From an uncultured Actinomycetes bacterium (GTDB taxonomy: Bacteria; Actinomycetota; Thermoleophilia; UBA2241), in assembly GCA_963767005.1 (NCBI GenBank), contig CAVYCN010000019.1, forward strand, positions 113,730 to 177,729: DNA of 64,000 nucleotides, in the 5' to 3' direction. Position numbers and translations under genes: made by a program. Shown piece after piece: positions 44,648 through 53,790 of this stretch (position 1 is the stretch's first letter; the number at the start of each line of letters is the position of its first letter). The notes under the pieces are model-generated. The model did no database searches. It was not told the origin of the DNA and worked only from the letters and a program-made list of their open reading frames with translations.

Positions 44648-47389
44648 CTAGAAGGCCTGGATGTCGCGGTCCTTCATCGCCGCGAGGACCTTCTCGGGCA
44701 GGGCCGGCAGGTGCCGTACACGAGCCCCACAGGCGTCGTCGATCGCGTTGATGATCGCCACGTGCGGAGCGGTGAGCGGCGCCTCGCCGCAGCCCGATGC
44801 GCCGTAGGGGCCGAGCGGCCGCGGCGTCTCGAGATACAGCACCGTCAGGTCGTCGGTGACGTCCTTCGGGTAGGGGATGCCGCAGGCCCGCATGTTGGTG
44901 TGCTTCTTCAGGTCCTCGAAGTCCTCGGTCAGCGCGAGACCGATGCCCTGCGAGAGGCTGCCCCACATCTGGCCGTCGACGTTCAGCCGGCTGTTGATGA
45001 CGCCCACGTCGGTGCAGATCAGCAGGTGGTCGACGTAGGTCTTGCCGGTCGCCTCTTCGACCGAGACCTGCGACATGAAGACGCTGTACATCCAGTTGGG
45101 GATCGGATGGCCCTGACCGGTCTTCGGGTCGATGAGCACGCCCATCGTCTGGGTCCAGTTGCCCTCGTAGCGCAGGTCGAGGCCCTCGGCCACCATCTCG
45201 TCGTGGGTGCGGTAGGTGCCGTCGCCCTTGGCCATGGCGGCGATGAGCTTCTCGCAGGCGTCCTTGATGGCGTTGCCGACCAGGACCTGCGAACGGCTGC
45301 CGCCGGCGCCGCCGCTGTCGGGGCAGTAGGCGGTGTCGTTCAGGTCGACGCTGATCTGGTCCATGGCGAGGCCGAGCGGACGCAGCGCTTCGTGCGCCGT
45401 GCCGAGCGTGCCGCCGTCGGAGCCCTGGCCGTGGTCCTCCCAGGTGTTGTAGATGCGCACCGTGTTGTCTGCCCGCAGCTCGGCCGCGGCGTTGGCCACG
45501 TCCTCGCCGTCGCCGCCGGCGCCGAAGATGCCGAGCGAGATGCCAATGCCGCGCTTGATGCCGGCGGGCGCGGGCTCGTCTTTCCAGGCCTTGGCCTTGT
45601 CCCAGTAGGGCTTGACCATGTCGAAGAGCTTCTTGAACGAGTAGACCTCGTACTCCTGGCCCCACGAGTAGGTCGCGCCGGGCTCGGCGAGGTTCCTGTA
45701 GCGCAGCTCGAACGGGTCCATGCCCATCTTGCGGGCGAGCTCGTCGACGATGCTCTCGCCGGCGAAGAAGGCCTGCGGCGAGCCCCAGGCGCGGAAGGGG
45801 GCGCCCCAGCCATGGTTCGTGCGCACCAGGTGGCCGTCGCCACGCATGTTGGGGATGTTGTAGCCGCCGCCGCAGAGCATGCCCTTCTGCACCAGGTTGT
45901 CGCCGAACTCCATGTACGGACCGTGGTCGCACCACCAGTGGTTCTCCATGGCGAGGAACTTGCCGTTCTCGTCGGCGGCGAGCTTGCAGTGGTACCAGTG
46001 CGGCGAGCGCTTGCCGGTGTAGGCGATGCTCATCCAGTAGTCGTACTTGAGGTAGACCGGCCGACCGGTCGCCATGTGGGCGGCGCCGAGCAGGGCCTCC
46101 ATCGTCGGGCAGAACTTGTAACCGAAGGTGCCGCCCGTGTTGTTCTGCACCATGCGCAGGTTCTCGAGCTCGACACCGAGGCCCTCGTTGATCATCGCCG
46201 CGTGGAAGTTCAAGGCCACGCTCTTGGAGTGGATCGTGAGGCGGCCTTCCTCGTCGGTGTAGGCGAAGCCGCAGTCGGGCTCGAAGTACAGGTGCGGCTG
46301 GCGCTGCAGGTAGTACTTGCCTTCGACGACGTGCGCCGCCTTCTCGAAGATCGGGTCGGTCTCCTCACCCTTGATCAGGTTCTGGGTGAAGAACATGTTG
46401 GGCGTGCCGGGGTAGATGTCGATCGCGTCGTCGGCCATGGCGTCGAGCGCGTTCATGTACGCGGGCAGCTCCTCGAGCTCAACCTTGACCTTGGGCACCG
46501 CGGCCAGCGCCTGCTCGATCGTGGTAGCGCAAACGATCGCCAGGGCGTCGCCGTACTGGAAGACCTTGGTGTCGCACAGGATCGGGCGCTCCCAGCCGTC
46601 GGCCATGACGTCGTCGGGGTACATGACGAGGCCGTTGATACGGTTCTTGCCCTTGACGTCCTTGTGCGTGACGACCTTGAAGACGCCCGGCATCTTCTCG
46701 GCCTCGGACACGTCGATCGAGATGACGTTGGCGTGCGAGACCTGAGCGTGGACCACGGCGCAGTGCAGCGTCTCGGGGGGCATGCGCAGGTCGTAGTCGG
46801 CGCCGTAGAGCATGGTGCCGGTGACCTTGGCGAGGGCCGACGGCTTCGGGAAACGGGTGTTCCAGATGTGGCCGTCCTCGGGTACCTTGAACGTGAGCTC
46901 GTCCTCGCTCATCTCGCCGCGCAGCACCTTGGCGGCGTCGAGCACGGCGTCGACGAGCGGCTTGTAGCCGGTGCAGCGGCAGACGTTGGCGTGCTTCTGC
47001 CACCAGTCGCGGACCTCTTCGCGAGTCGGGTCCGGGTTCTCGTCGAGGAGCGCCTTGGACGAGACGATGAAGCCCGGCGAGCAGTAGCCGCACTGGGCGC
47101 CGCCGTGCAGGATCCAGGCGAGCTGCAGGGCGTGCAGCTTGTCGGGCGTGCCGATGCCCTCGATCGTCGTGATCTGCGACTCGGCCGGCACGCGCTTCAT
47201 GGTCGTCGTGCAGGAGCGCACGACCTTGCCGTTCAGGATCACCGAGCAGCAGCCGCACTGGCCCTGGCCGCAGGCGACCTTGGTACCCAGCAAGCCGACC
47301 TGACGACGCAGCACGTCGCTCAGCTTCTGCCTGGGATCGACGATCACGATCGTCGGGATCCCGTTGACGTTGATCAGCTTCTTGTCCAT
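44648..47389 (-). CDS. mop: Molybdopterin-dependent aldehyde oxidoreductase (Mop-type, xanthine oxidase family)
   Basis: 913 aa; CGQGQCGCC and QCGYC...CRCTGY 2Fe-2S motifs, GGTFGYK, FRAWG, DHGQG, GGSRS, GEAPL. Confidence 0.92.
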   Translation of the reverse strand: MDKKLINVNGIPTIVIVDPRQKLSDVLRRQVGLLGTKVACGQGQCGCCSVILNGKVVRSCTTTMKRVPAESQITTIEGIGTPDKLHALQLAWILHGGAQCGYCSPGFIVSSKALLDENPDPTREEVRDWWQKHANVCRCTGYKPLVDAVLDAAKVLRGEMSEDELTFKVPEDGHIWNTRFPKPSALAKVTGTMLYGADYDLRMPPETLHCAVVHAQVSHANVISIDVSEAEKMPGVFKVVTHKDVKGKNRINGLVMYPDDVMADGWERPILCDTKVFQYGDALAIVCATTIEQALAAVPKVKVELEELPAYMNALDAMADDAIDIYPGTPNMFFTQNLIKGEETDPIFEKAAHVVEGKYYLQRQPHLYFEPDCGFAYTDEEGRLTIHSKSVALNFHAAMINEGLGVELENLRMVQNNTGGTFGYKFCPTMEALLGAAHMATGRPVYLKYDYWMSIAYTGKRSPHWYHCKLAADENGKFLAMENHWWCDHGPYMEFGDNLVQKGMLCGGGYNIPNMRGDGHLVRTNHGWGAPFRAWGSPQAFFAGESIVDELARKMGMDPFELRYRNLAEPGATYSWGQEYEVYSFKKLFDMVKPYWDKAKAWKDEPAPAGIKRGIGISLGIFGAGGDGEDVANAAAELRADNTVRIYNTWEDHGQGSDGGTLGTAHEALRPLGLAMDQISVDLNDTAYCPDSGGAGGSRSQVLVGNAIKDACEKLIAAMAKGDGTYRTHDEMVAEGLDLRYEGNWTQTMGVLIDPKTGQGHPIPNWMYSVFMSQVSVEEATGKTYVDHLLICTDVGVINSRLNVDGQMWGSLSQGIGLALTEDFEDLKKHTNMRACGIPYPKDVTDDLTVLYLETPRPLGPYGASGCGEAPLTAPHVAIINAIDDACGARVRHLPALPEKVLAAMKDRDIQAF

Positions 47390-47549
47390 AGACCGGCTCC
47401 TCTAGAGTCGACAGCAGGCCGCACATTTGCGAAGCGACGAGGCGCGCCACAGAGTCACGCCCGCCTGAGCGACGACGACGGAGTCGCGCGACGGCACAGG
47501 AACCGAACGCACTGGACGCCGCCTCACCCCACGGTGCCCGGATTGTAGC

Positions 47550-47573
47550 CGTTGTGCGTTCGCGAACACAACG
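47550..47573. promoter_or_regulatory. Palindromic site CGTTGTGC-N8-ACACAACG (ModE-like) next to a minus-strand TACAAT upstream of mop
   Basis: Same 24-bp CGnT...AnCG geometry as the two modA boxes. Confidence 0.45.
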
Positions 47574-47627
47574 GAGCACGAGTTGGACCGGCAGGCGACG
47601 TCACGCTCCCCGCCGGGACATCTTGGC

Positions 47628-47680
47628 AGACAGACGGGGCGGGCGGCATCCCGTCGGGATGCCGCCCGCCCCGTCTGTCT
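47628..47680. terminator. Perfect inverted repeat with 26-bp arms downstream of fdh (terminator-like hairpin)
   Basis: agacagacggggcgggcggcatcccg-t-cgggatgccgcccgccccgtctgtct; no clear U-tract. Confidence 0.55.
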
Positions 47681-47727
47681 CGTCGCGCCCACCCGCGGGC
47701 GAGCCCGCGCAGCCGCGATCCGGCCGG

Positions 47728-50448
47728 TCAGCCGACCGGCACGGCCGCCGGCTCGTCGGCGGGCGCGGGCGCCTTTTCGATGCGCACCGCGCAGACCTTG
47801 AACTCGGCCGTCTTGGTGACCGGGTCGAAGGCCGAGTTGGTGAGCTCGTTGACCGGCGATTCCTTGTAGTGGAACGTCATGAAGCAGACGCCCGGCGGCA
47901 CGATGTCGGTCACCGTCACGTGCGTCGTGATCGAGCCGCGCCGCGAGCTCACGCGGGCCACGTCGCCCTCGGCCAGGTCGAGCCGTTCGGCGTCGACCGG
48001 GTTGATCTGGGCGAGCTCGTGGGGCCGCAGGTTCTCGAGGTTGGCCGAGTGCCGGGTCATGATGTTGTAGTGGTAGAGCATGCGCCCGGTCGTGAGCAGG
48101 ATCGGGTACTCGTCGCTGCAGAGCTCGGCCGGCGCCTCGTACTCGATCCCCTGCAGCAGGCCCTTGCCACGTGTGAACCTGCCGACGTGCAGGAACCTGG
48201 TGCCCGGATGCGACTCGTCGGGGCAGGGCCACTGCAGGCCGACCTGATCGATGCGCTCGTAGGTGATGCCGGCGTACTGCGGCACCAGGGCGCGCATCTC
48301 GTCGAAGATCTCCTGGGGCGAGTCGTAGTGCACCTCGTGGCCAAGGCGGCACGAGAGGTCGGCGATGATCTGCCAGTCGGGGCGGCACTGCCCCGGCGGC
48401 TCGACCGCCTTGCGCACGCGCTGCACGCGGCGCTCGGTGTTGGTGAAGGTGCCGTCCTTCTCGGCGTAGCAGGCCGCCGGCAGGAACACGTCGGCGTACT
48501 TGGCCGTCTCGGTGATGAACAGGTTCTGGACCACGAGGAACTCGAGGCTGTCGAGAGCCTTGCGCACGTGGTTGGCGTCGGCGTCGGTGAGCGCCGGGTC
48601 CTCGCCCATGATGTACATCGCCTTGAGCTTGCCGTAGACGGCCATGTCGAGCATCTCGGGGATGCGCAGGCCCATCTTCTCGGGCAGCGGCACGCCGTAG
48701 GCGGCCGCGAACTTCGCCCTGGCGGCCTCGTCGTTCACGCTCGGGTAGCCCGGGTACGAGTTGGGCAGAGCGCCCATGTCGCAGGAGCCCTGCACGTTGT
48801 TCTGGCCGCGCAGCGGATTGACGCCGGCGTTCTCGACGCCGATGTGGCCGGTGACCATGGCGAGGTTGGCCAGGTTCATGACGTTGGCCGTGCCGGTGGT
48901 GTGCTCGGTGATGCCGAGCGTGTAGAAGATGCCGGCCTTGGGCGTGTTGGCGTACAGCTCGGCGGCCGCGCGGAGCTGCTCGACCGCCACGCCGGTGATC
49001 TCGGCGACGCGCTCGGGCGGGTAGTCCTTGACAACCTCCCAGAGGCCGTCGAACCCCTCGCAGCGCTCGGCGATGTAGGCCTTGTCGTGCCAGTCGTTGC
49101 TGATGATCAGGTAGAGCAGTCCGTTGACGAGCGCGTTGTCGGTGCCGGGCTTCAAGCGCAACCAGATGTGGGCGAGCTCGGCGAGCTCGGTGCGCCGCGG
49201 GTCGGCGACGATCAGCTTGGCGCCGTTCATGGTCGCGGCGCGCTTCATCTTGTTGCCGATGATCGGGTGCGCCTCGGGGGCGTTGGACCCGATGATGAAC
49301 AGCACGTCGTCGAACTCGATCTCGCCGATCGAGTTGGTCATCGCGCCTGAACCGAGCGTGGCGGCCAGACCGGCCACCGTCGGAGCGTGTCAGGTACGTG
49401 CGCAGTGATCGATGCTGTTGGTGTTCAGCCCCGCCCTCGTCAGGCGCTGCAGCAGGTAGTTCTCTTCGTTGGTGCAGCGCGCGGAGCTGAGCACGGCGAG
49501 GGCGTCGGGCCCGTCGCTGTGCTTGATCTCGAGCAGGCGCTTGGCGGTGTAGTCGAGCGCCTCGTCCCAGGTCGCCTCGACGAACACGCCGTCGCGCTTG
49601 ATGAGCGGCGTCGTCACGCGGTCGGGGCTCGAGATGAGGTCGGTGTGGAAGCGGCCCTTGACGCACAGCGCGCCGGCGTTGACCGGCGCCTCGTAGTTGG
49701 CCGTGACGCCCACGACCTCGCCGTGGGCGACGTTCAGGTCGAAGTTGCAGCCGACGCCGCAGAAGGGGCAGGTGGTGCGCACCTTGGTGCGGTCCCAGCT
49801 CCGCGTGCCCTTGAGCTGCTTGTTGACGAGGGCGCCGGTCGGGCAGACGTCGACGCATTGGCCGCAGAAGCGGCAGAAATCCTGGTCGAGGGCGTGATCG
49901 AACGACGAGGTCACGGTCGACTCGAAGCCGCGGCCGGCGAAGTCGACCGCGCTCGTCACCTGCACCTCGGCGCAGACCCGCACGCACTTGCCGCAGAGGA
50001 TGCACTTGTTCTGGTCGCGCTCGATCAGGTGGTTGACCGAGTCGATCTCGAGCTGCTTGGTGGCGCCCTTCACGAAGCTCGTGTGGTCGACGCCGTAGCG
50101 ATAGCAGTACTCCTGCAGCAGGCAGTCGCCGGCCTGCTCGCAGATGAGGCAGTCCTGGGGGTGGTCGGAGAGCAGCAGGTCGAGCACCGTGCGGCGCGCG
50201 TCGACCACGCCCTCGGACTCGGTGAGCACGACCATGCCCTCGGTCACCGGCGTGGCGCAGGCGGCCGCCAGGTTGGGCCGGCCCTCGATCTCGACGCTGC
50301 ACAGACGGCAGGCACCGAAGAGCGAGAGGTTCTTGTCGTAGCAGAGGGCGGGGATGTCGATGCCGACGCTCGCCGCCGCGTCGAGGATGGACGTGCCCGG
50401 CGGGACGCTGACCGCCCGACCGTCGATCACCAGGTCGACCATACTCAT
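47728..50448 (-). CDS. fdhF: Selenocysteine-containing formate dehydrogenase alpha subunit with N-terminal Fe-S domains
   Basis: ORFs 49390..50472 and 47728..49377 are in frame across TGA 49390-49392, giving DHCART-U-HAPTVAGL; CPFCGVGC, PLRGQNNVQG, EKDGTFTNTERRVQ. Confidence 0.92.
49360..49392 (-). promoter_or_regulatory. Sec UGA codon and bacterial SECIS hairpin
   Basis: UGA CACGCUCCGAC GGUGGCC-GGUCU-GGCCGCC; GGUCU apical loop at the same offset as in the E. coli fdhF SECIS. Confidence 0.85.
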
Positions 50449-50534
50449 CCCTCCACGTCCACGGGGAATCACTGCCGCGCGCCTGCGAGCCGCGCGCCTG
50501 CGCCGGCGTTCCGGATGAGACCGGGCCGGCGGGC

Positions 50535-50552
50535 TTGTGGCCCGCTTCGCAA
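50535..50552. promoter_or_regulatory. Possible Rex operator upstream of fdh
   Basis: TTGTGGC-CCGC-TTCGCAA against TTGTGAA-N4-TTCACAA; just downstream of a minus-strand TACAAT at 50563-50568. Confidence 0.35.
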
Positions 50553-50759
50553 TCTGTCAGAGATTGTAGCGGTTCCGCGCGGGCGCGGCCAACGGGCGCG
50601 CGACTGCGGCCCGCGGACGTCGACCACCGCACCGTCCGCATCCGGCCCGACGTGCTCGGACGCGACGTGGCCACATGTCCAAGAGAAGACGTCGCGGTTC
50701 TGCCACACCGGCGCGGACTCGCCTTGCCTGGGCTCCGCCCCGGACATAGAATCCGCCCT

Positions 50760-50860
50760 GTCTCCGAGCCCGGGAACCCTAAGGACCTGATTGGTCTAAG
50801 GACCTTGGGCCGGTAGGGTACAGCGCGAAAGCGCCGTGTCTCCCAGTGCGGAAAGGAGAT
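50760..50860 (+). ncRNA. Moco-class riboswitch, P3-less (tungsten cofactor 'Tuco'-type) variant
   Basis: UCUCCGAGC...CCUAAG-GACC/GGUC-UAAGG...GGGC-CGGU-AGGG...GCGC-GAAA-GCGC...CUCCC...GGAAAGGAGAU; P1 UCUCC/GGAGA. Confidence 0.85.
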
Positions 50861-51033
50861 GGCGCCGTCACGGCACCGTCCGCCCGACGCGGGGGTCGTG
50901 ACAGCCCGCGCTTGCGGCCGGCCTCGAAGACGGCAGGCCGGGGGAGCGCCGGCCATCCTCTTCTCTTTCTCTTCTGGGCGCAGCGGAAGAGGCCGCGTGG
51001 CCTCTTCAGGTCGAGTGAGAGGAGTCATCGAAC

Positions 51034-51957
51034 ATGAGCAACCGCAGGCAGGGCATCGTACTTCTCGTCGTCGCCGTCCTGGTGGCAGCGGGCGTCATGC
51101 TGGCAATCGGCGCCGCTCCTGGCGCGACCGGCAAAGCGAGCGCCGCCCCCACGACGTCGCCGTCGCCCTCGGCCAGCCCCGTGCTGCAGGTCGACCGCAA
51201 CGGCCACAAGGTGGCGAGCTACACCCTCGACCAGATCAAGGCCTTCACCGCCGTTGCCACCTACGCCGGCTGGCGGGGCGGCTCGGCGCACGGTCCCGAC
51301 GCCGTGACAGGCGCGGCCATTACCGACATCCTGAGCGCCGCCCTGGGCACGCCGCTGACGACGGTCGAAAGCCTCCAGATCGCCGAGGTCCCGATCCAGC
51401 CGTCGGGTTACTCGCAGACCTTCAGCGGCCCGCAGATCATCGATCCCAAGGACAACTACGGGATGGTCGACTCGACCGGCACGCCTATCCCGCCGGCGAG
51501 CCTGACAGGCACGATCGCCGCCGTGCTCGTGTATTCGGATCCCGACGGAAACGTCATGTCCGCCTCGAGCGGTCCGCTGCGCTCCTTCATGACCGATTCC
51601 GTGCTCGCCGACGGCGCATTCACGGTCGGTCAGAACAGCGTCTCGTCGGCCAACCTCCTGAACGTCATCGACGCCATCAAGATCACCTGCAAGCCCAGGC
51701 CGCGCGTCGTCACGCTCGGCAAGTCGTGCGCGTTCCGCGGCGTCGTGACCAACGCCATCGCGACCAACAAGTGGGTGGCCGTGCGCATGGTCAAGAACGG
51801 CAAGTTCGTCCTCAAGGGGACCGGCAAGGTCTCGGCGACCGGCGCCTACCGCATCGTGATCAAGCCGGGGAGGGTCGGCAAGCTCCACTTCGTCGTCACG
51901 TACCGGGCCGGCGCGATGTTCTTCAGCAAGGCGGTGACGATCACCGTCCATAAGTAG
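51034..51957 (+). CDS. Secreted protein with one molybdopterin-oxidoreductase-like (SUOX-fold) domain and a basic Ig-like C-terminal domain
   Basis: Signal peptide; YTLDQIKA, TGAAITDIL, GYSQTFS, VLVY, GPLRS; paralog of 53791 and 55016. Confidence 0.65.
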   Translation: MSNRRQGIVLLVVAVLVAAGVMLAIGAAPGATGKASAAPTTSPSPSASPVLQVDRNGHKVASYTLDQIKAFTAVATYAGWRGGSAHGPDAVTGAAITDILSAALGTPLTTVESLQIAEVPIQPSGYSQTFSGPQIIDPKDNYGMVDSTGTPIPPASLTGTIAAVLVYSDPDGNVMSASSGPLRSFMTDSVLADGAFTVGQNSVSSANLLNVIDAIKITCKPRPRVVTLGKSCAFRGVVTNAIATNKWVAVRMVKNGKFVLKGTGKVSATGAYRIVIKPGRVGKLHFVVTYRAGAMFFSKAVTITVHK

Positions 51958-52112
51958 CGATCGGACGCGGCGCCCTCGGGGTCGAACGACCCGCGGGCGG
52001 CCGCGCAGGCGGCGGACCGGTGGCGTCGGCTCCGCGCGGAGCCGACGCCACCGGTCGTCCCCGCGTCGCGGCAGCGGTCGCGCGCGGCAGGTGAAGGAGG
52101 CCTGACACGGTC

Positions 52113-53705
52113 ATGAGCGCATCCATCGCGCGTCACAGGGCGGCTCGGCGGGGCCGCGGCGCCGCTGTCTGTGCGTCAGCGGCGCTCGCCGCGGCGTGGC
52201 TCCTGCTCGGCGTCGTGTCCGTCGCCGGCGCGGCGCCGGCGACCCCGGCCGCTGGGACGGGCGCGACGGCCCAGGCCTCGCCGGCGACGACGGACGCGCA
52301 AGCCGCGTCCTCCACACCGTACGGCTGGGTCGTGCAGCTGCGCGGCGTGCTCAGCAGAGATCTCACCTCCGGTCAATTCGCCGCGCTCGCGGCCAAGTAC
52401 TCGATCTGGAACGACGGCACCGACACCTGGACCGGCGTACCGCTGTGGCGTCTGGTCGCGCTGGTCGACGACAAGAACGCGGCCACGTTCGACGCGAGCC
52501 TGGCCAAGAAGGGCTACTCGATCCAGGTCGTCGGCCTTGGCGGCGTGGTGACGCTGACGAGCGCCGACGGGCTGTGGGTCGGCAAGAACGGCGTGCTGGT
52601 CGCCGACCTCGAGGATTCGCTGCCCCTGGCATTCGGCACGCTGGCCGGCGCGACGTGGACGCCGACGTGGCCGGCCGAGCTCGTCGGCGCGGGCTTGACC
52701 GCCGATCGGCAGCTCGGCGGTGTCGTGCGGGTCATCGTATACAAGCCGGGCGTCAAACCGCCGGCAAGCCCCACGGTCCAGCCGAGCTGGGTCGTGCAGG
52801 TGCGCGGTGGCCTGAAGAGCGTCGACGACTCGGCCTCGCAGTTCCGCGCGCTCGCCAAGGCTCACCCGGTGAGCTGGACCGACACGGCCACCTCAGCCAA
52901 GTACACGGGCACGCCACTGTGGCGCCTGGTCGCCCAGGCCGACGGCGGCAGCCCGACCGCGCTGAACCTCGACCTCCTCGGCCTTGGCAACCTCGCCGCC
53001 CCCGGCGTGGGGTACAGCGTCGACGTGGTCGGCATGGGTGCGTCGGGCGCCACCACGACCACGGTCACGGCCTCGCAGTTCGCCGCCTCCAACAGCGTGG
53101 TCCTGGCCGACCGCCAGGGCTCTCCGCTCGCCCAGCTCACGCCGCTCGCCGGCACCGTCACAGGGTTGGACCCGGACTACGCCTGGACGCCGACCTGGCC
53201 ACTGCGACTCTGCGGCACCGGCGTGACCACCGGCCAGGGCGGCGTGCTGCGCGTCGTGATCCACCGGCCACCGGTGCCGTCGTACGTGGTGCCGCTCACG
53301 CTGGTCGGGAGGCGCACGGTGAAGATCCCGTATCTCGCCTTCCCGACGTCGGTCACCTGGGACGGCCGCAAAGCCGGCAACATCAACCCCCAGCTCCGGG
53401 CGCTGTACCGCGGCCAGGCGCTGGACAAGCTGATCGGCCTGGTCGACGACAAGGACCCCAAGACGTTCAACGCGACGCTCGCGCGCAAGGGCTACAAGAT
53501 CGAGTTCATCGCAAGCGACGGCTACAAGTGGACGATCAGCAGCAAGACGGTCGTCGGCCGGACGCACTGGATCGTCGCGTCGCTCAAAGACGGCGCGACC
53601 ATGGCGTCGGGCGAGGGCCCGTACCGCTATGTCGGATCGTTCATCAAGCCGTTCTACGGCAAACCGTCGGTGTACAAGCTCATCAAGATCAAGCTGATCT
53701 TCTAG
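52113..53705 (+). CDS. Secreted protein with three tandem SUOX-fold-like repeats
   Basis: WTGVPLWRLVALVDD...GYSIQV...WPAELVG; YTGTPLWRLV...GYSVDV...WPLRLCG; YRGQALDKLIGLVDD...GYKIEFIASDGY...GPYRYVG. Confidence 0.7.
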   Translation: MSASIARHRAARRGRGAAVCASAALAAAWLLLGVVSVAGAAPATPAAGTGATAQASPATTDAQAASSTPYGWVVQLRGVLSRDLTSGQFAALAAKYSIWNDGTDTWTGVPLWRLVALVDDKNAATFDASLAKKGYSIQVVGLGGVVTLTSADGLWVGKNGVLVADLEDSLPLAFGTLAGATWTPTWPAELVGAGLTADRQLGGVVRVIVYKPGVKPPASPTVQPSWVVQVRGGLKSVDDSASQFRALAKAHPVSWTDTATSAKYTGTPLWRLVAQADGGSPTALNLDLLGLGNLAAPGVGYSVDVVGMGASGATTTTVTASQFAASNSVVLADRQGSPLAQLTPLAGTVTGLDPDYAWTPTWPLRLCGTGVTTGQGGVLRVVIHRPPVPSYVVPLTLVGRRTVKIPYLAFPTSVTWDGRKAGNINPQLRALYRGQALDKLIGLVDDKDPKTFNATLARKGYKIEFIASDGYKWTISSKTVVGRTHWIVASLKDGATMASGEGPYRYVGSFIKPFYGKPSVYKLIKIKLIF

Positions 53706-53790
53706 GAGACCGAAGGTCCGGCGACGAACTCGTCGGGCGGGGCCCGCGGAGGGCAACGGCCGCGAGGCCATGCACGAAGAGAGGGGAGCC

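Noticed and set aside
47550-47573. Rex operator upstream of mop
   Set aside because: Spacing is TTGTG-N10-CACAA rather than the N8 of Rex; it fits the ModE-like geometry better
44225-51028. Very long alternative ORFs (44225..47548 +, 47402..51028 -, 47554..49350 +)
   Set aside because: Antisense or off-frame shadows of mop and fdh, expected at high GC; low-complexity Arg/Ala/Gly translations
50859-51953. ORF starting at the ATG right after the riboswitch GGAG
   Set aside because: No spacing between SD and ATG, the translation is an off-frame shadow, and the real gene starts at 51034 with its own RBS
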